Part shown: positions 54,814 through 64,000 of the stretch, piece by piece
Layout: each line of letters begins with the position of its first letter
Numbering within the stretch: position 1 is the first letter of the stretch
NCBI RefSeq assembly: GCF_009914755.1
Contig: NC_060933.1
Source: the human T2T-CHM13v2.0 reference genome, Homo sapiens
Reading direction: 5' to 3' (one strand)
Length of the DNA: 64,000 bases
Notes under the pieces: generated by a model
What the model was told of the DNA's origin: nothing
The model's input: only the letters and a program-made list of their open reading frames with translations
The model's database searches: none
Program-made: the position numbers and the translations under genes

Positions 54814-55455
54814 GTCTGCTGCCTCATTTTTTGCACAAATATATGCACTGTTATATTAACAGATATCATTTAGTTAAGAGAAACACTTGCCAAGTAATTA
54901 CTTTATGCAAGACATTGTGCCAAGCCCAGGGGCCCCAGAAATGAGTAAGAACTGAGTAAGACACTCATTCACATATGCTACCTGCAATCATACACAAGTG
55001 CATGTGTCTTACTCAGTTCTCTAATCTTATTTCAGACTGTCGGCTCTCTGAGGCCACGGTGTTCACTTGTGAAAATCATCATCCACATCCATCTCATCTG
55101 CACATACTGTGGCCCACAGCACACTTTCCTTCACATCCCAAACCCATGAAGTGGGTAACAGTTTTGATTCCTATTTGCAGAATGGGACTGACATTCAGGG
55201 AGGAGAAAGGGCCTGAATGTCAGTCAGCTGGGGCCACCGCTATGTGTGGCTGAGAGCCACAGGGCAGAGCACGGTTCACCCACCAACCTGAAGATCCCAG
55301 CATGGTTCCTGCCCATGGTGAGTGGCCTGAATGGGCACTGGCCTAAACTGGACACAGCGTGTCTGTCACAGAGCTGGCAGTTTTCACTGCTTGCTTCCTG
55401 GGTCCTGTGGGGCCTGTTTCCCCAGGCAGGTCTCTGTGCCCCTGGGAGGTGTTAC

Positions 55456-55633
55456 CTGGGGAGAAGAGGCTGACGGTCCTGCCACAGGCCGACTCATGGC
55501 ACCGCCTGGTGACATTGGTGATCTTCCACAGGAAAGTGCCATCGAAGGAGGCCTCCTCCATGAGGCGCAAGCTCTGCTCCAGCTTGCCCAGGGCCTGGTC
55601 TTTCTGGGCCAGGGTCTGCTGAAGCTCCACCAC
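55456..55633 (-). CDS. TRAF1: TRAF1 exon 6 (coiled coil / start of MATH)
   Basis: 178 nt, AG/GT. Encodes VVELQQTLAQKDQALGKLEQSLRLMEEASFDGTFLWKITNV...SLFSP. Confidence 0.97.
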
Positions 55634-56494
55634 CTGTAGGGAAGACTGTTCAGCCAGGAACACCAGAACCCGGCTTGGGGATGGGATGGGAATGGCGGGA
55701 TGTGGAGATTGATCTGCCCCAGATGTGTTTTGCTGACCACGCCTCACTCAGGTGTGCGTCTGCATCTGAATGTGCTGCCCCCTGCCTGGCCTTCCTTTTC
55801 CTTATCCACCAGGAATCCAGCTCATATGGCCCCTCATCTGGGAAGCCTTCAACCACTGTCCTAGCTTAGCTGCTCTCTTTCAATATGTTCTTACAGAGCC
55901 CTTACAATGATTTCATGAGACATATTTTTCTGGCTTCCCTACCAGATGGTCTCCTCCACCGAAAGCTGGGCCCATGCTCATTGTGTCTTTGTGTCCATGC
56001 CTTGCATAGTACCTGGTATGTAAAAGTAGAGCTGGGAAGTTTGTGGGTGAAATGAAGGTATAATTGTGGCTTTCAGGGAGGCTGCCTTTTAACTGGAGCA
56101 AGAGTTACATAAATAAAGGCTAAAGCCTCAGCCACTCCAACTCAGCGCCTGGCCCTTCTAATAGCTTTCCCCAATAAAATGGAAAGAATATAAATTTATT
56201 CTTGGGTGTGCTCAGGTAGGGAAGCCATGAATGGAAGTGAGCATCCTTAAAGAAAATTTAATCGTTAATTTTACTGATGGGGAAGGTCCTGAGAGGGAAA
56301 GTGACTTGCTCAGACCCACACGGCAGGTGGCTCTGATCACCTGCTGTAATGGTAATTGCGAATGGTGAGGCAGATAATGGTAATGGTGAAGCAGGAACTA
56401 AAATCCAGGCCTAACTCAATATGAGACAATGATGTAATGTTACTGCAAAAGAAGCAACATTAGAATGGTCATTGGCTACATTAAGAAAAGTATA

Positions 56495-56810
56495 GGCCAG
56501 GCGCGGTGGCTTATGCCTGTAATCCCAGCACTTTGGGAGGCCGAGGCAGGTGGATCACGAGGTCAGGAGATCGAGACCAGCCTGACCAACATGGTGAAAC
56601 CCCATCTCTACTAAAAATACAAAAAATTTAGCTGGGTGTGGTGGCACACGCCTGTAATCCCAGCTACTCAGGAAGCTGAGGCAGGAGAATCGCTTGAACC
56701 TGGGAGTGGAGGTTGCAGTGAGCCAAGATCACGCCACTGCACTCCAGCCTGGGCGACAGAGCAATACTCTGTCTCAAAGGAAAAAAAAAAAGAAAGAAAG
56801 AAAAGAAAAG
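56495..56810 (+). mobile_element. Alu (S-type)
   Basis: Full length; TSD aagaaaagtata. Confidence 0.95.
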
Positions 56811-57447
56811 TATAAGCTCTAGAATAAGGGAGAAGACAGCCCTGTTGGACCAAGAACTGTGGCCAAGTGGATTATCTGGAGTCAGCCTGGTACCATACTC
56901 CAAGCGTACAGAATTCTTTGGAGACTGAGCCAGAGCGTAGGATGGCAATGTGAAGCAGCATGCTCTGAGGAAGATGTGAAGGCGCTGGGGCTTTTAGCCT
57001 GAAAAGGGAAGCACTCAGGTAGGACAGAATCTGACCCTCCATCCCTGAAGGGCTGTCATGGGGACTAGAAGGTGGATTTGTCTTGTGGGCTCTGAGGGGC
57101 AGGGCCAGGAACAATGCAGGGAAGAGACAGGCTGATTTTAGCTTAGTACAAGGAAGAACTTGCTAAGAGTGGAATATGTCCTGCACTGGAATGAGCTGCT
57201 CAGGGAGGTGGTGTCTTATCACAAAAGTTCAAGCAAAGGAACCGAAGCACTGGATGGGAGGTTATGACCTTGACTACAGCTTCTAACTCAGCGCTCTTCC
57301 TGGAAGGGTGTGGGATAAAGGGGAGATACGTTTTGATGGAGTGACTGCTGTAAGCAGGATGAATGATTAGGAGGAAGCCTGTCTGCCGCTCTGGAGACAG
57401 GATGGGGCTCAGCCGGGCTTGAAGGCAAACCTGCCTCCCACACTCAC

Positions 57448-57858
57448 CCTCTGCTCCAAGCTCAGGATGCGCTCACGGTCCAGCTGGCTCTGGTGGATAG
57501 AGGTGGCCAGGGCCAGGTGGGAGGCCTCCACCTCCTTGTTGAGGACAGCAACAATGTTCTCAAACACACGCAGCTTCCCCTCCAGCTCAGCCAGAAGCTT
57601 CTCCTTCATGAAGTGCTGCAGGGCCAGCTCCTCCTGGCTCTCAGAGCAGGGTGCCCGGTAGCAATCGACCTCCAGGTCCCCCGCCACTTCCACGGCTGCC
57701 TGCAGCTGCAGGTCTGACAGGTTCTGCTCCAGGGCCATGGGCCCAGACTCCAGGCCACAGCCCAGCCGGGCCTTCCACTGTTTCATGAACCCCAACAGCA
57801 GGTTTAGGTGGGAGGTCTGGGAGGTGACCTCATGCTCTTGCACAGACTGTGGGCTTCC
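57448..57858 (-). CDS. TRAF1: TRAF1 exon 5 (TRAF-N coiled coil; includes the LEVD caspase site)
   Basis: 411 nt, AG/GT. Encodes GSPQSVQEHEVTSQTSHL...GDLEVDCYR...ERILSLEQR. Confidence 0.97.
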
Positions 57859-58354
57859 CTGACAAGAGAGTGGGGCTGATCAGTGAAAACAGAGGTGGAG
57901 TGAGGACAGGGGAGCAGTGGAGTGCCCTGCTATCAAAGGTCACCAAGGATTATTCATTCACCCAGCAAAAAGGAGTGGCTTTCTGTACAGTGGGAGGGAT
58001 TCAGAGGAAGACCCTGGCATCAGACATGCCCACGATGAGCCACATGCATTGCAGCTTCTAATTCTGCCCTGCCCTGGAGTGCAAGGATGATTCAGGACCA
58101 TGGAGAGGGGCATTGGGGGTGGGGGTCATTTTAGTGATGTTCTGCCTATGCTTAGGTAAGACATTAGGAAGAACTTCCCTGAGTACTGTGATGACTTAAT
58201 AGTAGGCTCTGATGCTTGGGAAAGTCATTAGTACAAAGGACATCCAGATGAGTGGACTGATGTTACGGGAAAATCATGGAGGGGCTGCAGTGGGGAGACC
58301 TGGAGGTCTGGAACCATAGTGGACAGATCTCCTTTCTCACACTCAGATGCTTAC

Positions 58355-58420
58355 CTTGAAGGAGCAGCCGACACCTGCAAAGGGGCACCCAATTCCAGCC
58401 TCAGCCACCTCGGGGTGAGC
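58355..58420 (-). CDS. TRAF1: TRAF1 exon 4 (upstream exons are outside the window)
   Basis: 66 nt, AG/GT. Encodes AHPEVAEAGIGCPFAGVGCSFK. Confidence 0.95.
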
Positions 58421-59271
58421 CTGGAAATAATAATCACATCACTGAATGTTATAGCGATCTCTGTGGCTACCCTGGGGCTCTCTTCAATGCACCAGGATCC
58501 ACCAGGGCAGGAGATGGCTTGGGCCACATGACTTTGCACATTGCTGTTCCCTTTGGCTATCTCCTTTCCACCCTTTAAGCTTCCACCCTTCCATGACCTT
58601 CCTTCAAAACAGGACCTGGGCCCTTACTGTGATCCTGGGCAGCACTGCTATTTCTCCTGTCAGGGCACAGTCCACACAGCTCCGTAATCATCACTCACTC
58701 TCTGGTTGCCCCGACTGGTCGGGGGGGCTCTGTGAGGGCCATGGCTGTGTTCCCAGTGCTGAGGGCAGTGCCTGGCACAGCTGAGACACTCAGAACACAC
58801 TGACTGCATGAGTAAATGCCTCCCTCCTCCTGAAGTTCATGGGGAATCTTGGGCTCACAATTCCCATCTGCATCCCTCCTTGGCCATCTATCCTTGACTG
58901 AGGTGTGTCCACTCCGCACAACTTTCCCTTCCAGATAACATCCTGCCTGAGGGAAGGGATACAGGAGGGTCTCAGTGCTATTATAATAGCAATTTGACCC
59001 CACTGTTAGCCTATTTAGGTCTGAAGCATTTACCAAATGCTTTCATGGCCATAATTCTTCCTAGGGCTCCTTACAGCATGGTGGGGAAGAGAGGGTGGGT
59101 TTTTATTCCTATTTTACTGATGAAAAAACTGAGGCTCACAGAGGGGAAGGGATTTGCCCAAGGAGGCCGAGCTGGGAGGCAGCACAGCCACAGGGCCCCT
59201 CCCACGCACATCACTACCTCTTAACAGGAGTCAGCCCAGGAGAGATGGGAAAAAAGTTTTTCCAACATATA

Positions 59272-59584
59272 CAGTCATGCAACAGGAATACATTCTGAGA
59301 AATGTGTCATCATTGTGTGAACATCATAGGATGTATTTACACAAACCTGGATGGTATACCCTGCTACACACCGAAACTCTGTGACAGCGTATTGCCCCTA
59401 GGCTACAAACCTGTACAGCACGTGACCATACTGAATACTGTAGGCAATTGTTAACACTGTAAGTACCTGTGTATCTAAATATATCTAAACATAGAAAAGG
59501 TACAGTAAGAATACAGTACTATACTCTTCTGGGACCATCGTTGTATATGTGGTCTGGTGTTGACTGCTACATGGCACATGACTG
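59272..59584 (-). mobile_element. Tigger3a/MER7A-like Tc1-mariner MITE
   Basis: TA-cagtcatg ... catgactg-TA terminal inverted repeats. Confidence 0.75.
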
Positions 59585-59589
59585 TATCT

Positions 59590-60560
59590 TCATAAAGGCT
59601 TGTATCCAGAATATATAGAGAACTCTTACAACCTAATAAGAGACAAATGACCTAATAAAAAATGGGCATAGCCAGGCTCAGTGGCTCAACACCTGTAAGC
59701 TCAACACTTTGGGAGGCTGAGGCAAGAGGATTACTTGAGGCCAGGAGTTCAAGACAGCCTGGGCAACATAATGAGACCTCATCTCTACTTAAAAAAATTT
59801 TTTAATTAGCAGTCTTGGTGGCGTACACCTATAGTCCCAGCTACTTGGGAGGCTGAGGTGGGAGGATCGCTTGAGCCCAGGGGTTCAAGGCTGCACTGAG
59901 CTATGATCACATCACTGTACTCCAGCCTGGGTAGCAGAGAAAGACCTTGTCTCTCTTAAAAAAAATAAATAAATAATGAACAGATACAATCTATGAAAGT
60001 ATCTTATAAAGTTAAATCATACTTATAAAATAATTTACTTATAAACCATACTTATAAAGTTACCATACAATCCACACATTTCACTCCTAGGAATTTACCT
60101 AAGAGAAAGTAAAACATATGTCTGCACAAAGGTGTGTATGTGAATGTTCATGGCGGCTTTGTTCAAAGCAACCCAAATGTGTCATCAGCTGGTGAGTGGG
60201 TAAACAAATTGGTCTATATATACTACAGAACAACCAAATGGAATTAAATACCAGCATAAATAATAACATGGATGAACCTCAAAAACATTATGCTAAGTGA
60301 AAGAAGTCAAACACCAAAGACTACATACTACCTGTTTCCATTCTTACGAGCTTCTAGCAAAGGCAAAACTAGAGTGACAGGAAGTAGATCAGTGGTTGCC
60401 TCCTGGAGCTGTGGGTGGGGAGGGGACTGACTATGCAGGGACACAAAGCAGCTTTATCCCGTGCAGAAACATTTGCCATTTGACTGTAGTGGCGGTTACA
60501 TGATTATTTATATTCATCAAACTGTACACTTAAAATGAGTGAGTTTTATGGCATATAAAT
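59590..60560 (+). mobile_element. L1M 3' fragment with an inserted Alu (59670-59976)
   Basis: Typical L1 3' motifs (aacatggatgaacctcaaaaacattatgctaagtgaaagaag). Confidence 0.8.
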
Positions 60561-61615
60561 AAAATCTTGATTCTATAAGCGCTTTGTTATTTATTTATTT
60601 TTTTTTGAGAGAATAATCTCATGGAACCACGTGAAAGGGGATTTGGACGAAAGCAGGAGAGGACAGAGGTCTTTCGGACTGAGCAAATACAAAAAGTCAC
60701 ACTAGTTATTATTCTTTAAAAGTAACATAACCAGAGAGCTGTGGGCTTAATGAGTACAGTTGGGTTGAGACACAGAACACAGCCCAGCAAAGGCCACCCT
60801 GCCCCCACCCCCACCCACCAACTGCCCAGGGCTTCAGGGACAAGTTGTTCCCAATAAATAATAGAAAACAGATGTTCTATGGAAGGCAGGCAGAGGGCGG
60901 CCTTGGCAGGGAGACCGTGCTGGCTTCGGGAAGTCTGTGGTGATGAAACCTCCCCAAACATGTAGCTTTTGACATGTGAGAACAGTGGAGGGAAGATGCT
61001 ATGTGTAGACCTGGCTCCTTGGTGAATATACCTGGGGGAGCCTTTCAGGTCCCACCCCTCCCCACAGGTCCATGATTCCAATAGTCTGTGGTTCTAAGGG
61101 TCAAAGCTTGGTGGGAGAGTCATAAAAGAGATAAGAACATGAAAATGATCAAGCTAAGAGTGAAATTCCAGACATCACCCCGCAGGTGGAGGGGATGTGT
61201 CTTTCAGCAGCGGAGCTGTCCTGGCGTTGTGTGAACAGCAAATGTCTGTTTTAGGGAGTGAAATGCTATTCAGATGTAGGGACATCCTTCTGTGATGCGT
61301 GTACAGATGTGGACTGTGATGAGCCTTGAACAGTTGCTGGAGAAAGGGGCAGGGGTGACTTGAGAGGCTTTCAGAGGCTTCTCCATCATCATTATTCATT
61401 CCTTAGAGTGCACGGGAGTTCAGGATGTGGCCTCTGGAGCCAGCCTTTTGGGGTTCAGAGCTTGTTTCTGTCACTTCACATACTAGCTTTGTGGCTCTGG
61501 GATAGTTACTAACTCCTCTGTTCTGCAGTTTCCTCATCTGCAAAATGGGGATAATAATAATACCCCCTTACAGGGTTATTGTGAGGATTAAATGAGATAA
61601 TACATGTAAGCACTG

Positions 61616-62415
61616 GTATTAGTTACCCATTGCTGCTGTAACAAAATACCACAAACTTAACAGCTTAAAACAACACAGCTTTATTATCGTACAGTTCTGG
61701 AGGCCAGGGGTCCTAACATGGAAATGTCAGCAGGACTGCGTTGCTCCTGGAGGCCCAAGGGGAGGATGGCTTCCTCCCTTCCCCAGCTTCTCAGGGCTGC
61801 CTGCACTCCTTGGCTTGTGGTCCCTTCCTCCATCTTCAAAGCCAGCAGTGGAGCATCTCCCCTTCTCTCTGACCCTCATCTCCCTCTTCTGAGGACACTT
61901 GGGCCTCCTGGATAATCCAAGGTCACCTCCCCATCTCAGAATCCTTCATTTAATCGTGTCTGCAGAGTCTGTTTTGCCATTGTTATGGGCTCAGCAACCC
62001 CCACCCAAATCAGATGTTGAAGTCCTAACCACCAGTATCTCAGAATATGGAGACAGGGCCTTTAAAGAGCTAATTAAATTAAAATGAGGTCATTGGGGGT
62101 GGGCCCTAATGCAATGTGACTGGTATCCTTTTAGGAAGGGGAAATTTGAAGAAGGACCACATGAAGACATAGGGAGGGGACAGCCATGTCAAGGCAAAGA
62201 GAGAGGCCTTGGAGGAAACCAACTCGCCAATACCGTGCCTTGAACTTCTGGCCTCCAGAACTGCGAGGAAATACATTTCTGTTGTTTACACCACCCAGTC
62301 TGTGCACTTTGTTATGGCAGCCCTGGCAAATGCATAGAGCCATGTGAGGTCACATACTCACAGGTCCTGGGGATTCACATGTGGACATCTTTGGAGGACA
62401 TTATTCTGCCTAACA
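61616..62415. mobile_element. MLT1 (MaLR) LTR containing an opposite-orientation MLT1 (61981-62338), the whole nested in a MIR
   Basis: The inner element starts tgttatgg and is flanked by the 5-bp TSD gccat. Confidence 0.75.
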
Positions 62416-62420
62416 CAGTG

Positions 62421-62486
62421 TTCAATAAATATGAGCCATTATTACTAATAATAAATTAATAGTAATAATGGCTCATATTTATTGAA
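62421..62486. repeat. Perfect 27-bp inverted repeat, 12-nt AT loop
   Basis: ttcaataaatatgagccattattacta / tagtaataatggctcatatttattgaa. Confidence 0.95.
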
Positions 62487-64000
62487 ATTATTCCATACTA
62501 CTACTGAATACTTGTTGAATACTACTGCTACTAATAACACTAATAATACTAATAGTAGTAATACTACTAGTATTACTACTAATTAGTATTCTTATTCCTG
62601 TGGATTAAGCACTGCCCCGGGACATCTCCCAGTCCCAATCCCTCAGTGGCTGTCATATACATGTATCTCATTTAATCCTCACATCACAAACTCTTTAACA
62701 ATGAACTCTCTAAAACTCCATTTTCCCACTGGATTTCCTCAAGGTGGTGAGGAACATTCCTAAATGAACAGGACCAAAATATGTTTGAATGTTGTCCCAT
62801 AGGATCCCTGTGACAATCATCTGAGGCAGGTGGGGCTGTATTAGAGTCACCTTAACACAGGCAGAAACAGAGGGAATGGCTTAAGGTCATGCTGAGCTTG
62901 TGAGCAGAGGAGCTGGGCACACCTGTGCATTCTCTCTCACAGTTGTGAGCCCCTGCACGGGCTTGCTGCTCTCCTGGCACTCATGTAGACACTGTCCCAT
63001 CAGATCCTCACAGCCATGAGGGGGAGGTTGGGGCTCTGAGGTTCTGCTTCCCTCGGGTAGGTGGAGAAGCCGAAGCCCAGGGGCGATCAGTGACTTGCAG
63101 GAGGCAACGGGGCAGGCGAGGGGAGCCCAGGAGCCTGGAGTCCGTGTGCAGGCTCCGTCCTCCCCACCATAGTGTCCTTGCCTGGGGTGGCCTCACTCAA
63201 AGGCCAGGGACCGAGGGGACAGGAGAGGGAATCAGGAATCAGACTGCATTGCAGGAGAAGAACAGAGGATCTGTCCTGGGCCAACCCTGTCTGGTGTCAC
63301 AAGTGGCCCCTGTGTGAGTGGCCTCACTGCTTGCAAATTGCTAAAAATAAAGTGTGCAGTGGAATTTCCTCCGAGGAGGAGACAGAAACAGAGAAAACAG
63401 ATTCCCAGCCCTGAGGGAACACTCGTTCTTCTGTCTGGGTCTGAGGAGTCTCTGCGTGTGTGGTGTTTCCGGCCACCCTGGCTACCCAGGCCCTTTGTGG
63501 TGGGGTCACAGTGGGCCCTAGCGGGGGGCCCCATTCTGAGACCTGGGGCCTCCGGGAATGTGACTGTTAAGAGGGTGCTGGGAGCATGAGTGCCACCTCT
63601 GCAGCCCCTGCACAGAACAAAGAGGATCTGAGCAGGCCAGGCACTGCCTACCCCCACACTGGGCTGAGGTCAGGGATGCCCGGAGGGGCTGCTGTGACTC
63701 AGGTCTCAGCTGGTGCTGAGGGGGTGCTCTACAGTCACATGGGGAGCTTGGTCAGTCTGCCACTGTCCGCCCGTTCCTGCCCTCCTCTGTAACTGGGCCG
63801 GTTTACTCTCTGTCAGCCTCTGCTCAGCTCGACCGCCACCTCCTCCAGGAAGCCCTGCCTGATTCTCCTGGTTGAACATAGTCTTGCCCATTCCTGTTTT
63901 TCCCATAGCACTTGGTGGACTCCTGCACTAAAGCCTGACTGTGTTATTTAAGCAGGTATGAAACATTTAGGGGAGGATTCCTTGTGTAGAGGCAGCATAG

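Noticed and set aside
58690-58730. Possible donor (AGA|GTGAGT at ~58698) for an alternative internal TRAF1 first exon
   Set aside because: I recall a short TRAF1 isoform starting near here, but a donor-like hexamer alone cannot define the exon.

Overview
Human genomic DNA, recognised from the encoded proteins as the PHF19-TRAF1 locus (chr9q33, part of the TRAF1-C5 region). Both genes are on the minus strand. PHF19 (Polycomb-like 3, a PRC2.1 accessory subunit) has its complete CDS here. I reconstructed 14 coding exons from GT-AG boundaries; they sum to 1743 nt (580 aa + stop). The window also has a non-coding first exon in a CpG island (~21.2-21.4 kb), a 207-aa short form made by intron-5 read-through and intronic polyadenylation, and a distal CpG-rich candidate first exon (~38.9 kb) that would add 19 N-terminal residues. 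The PHF19 3' UTR runs off the left edge. TRAF1 contributes its last five coding exons (340 codons, coiled-coil + TRAF-C/MATH) and a long 3' UTR; its 5' exons lie beyond the right edge. The rest is Alu-dense (~38 copies) with L1, L2, MIR, MaLR/MLT and DNA-transposon relics. I see no new gene system, and most ORFs in the supplied track are Alu- or GC-derived noise. The most unusual structures are: (1) a ~790-bp retroposed unit (Alu + ~470 bp foreign AT-rich DNA + ATTAAA + degraded poly-A, inside a single TSD pair) that splits an older Alu in TRAF1 intron 7; (2) a ~680-bp direct repeat bracketing the TRAF1 terminal exon; (3) several short local duplications and near-perfect fold-back palindromes; and (4) an 88-codon upstream ORF overlapping the PHF19 start. 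Exon numbers and repeat subfamily names are from recall and by-eye matching; repeat boundaries are approximate.
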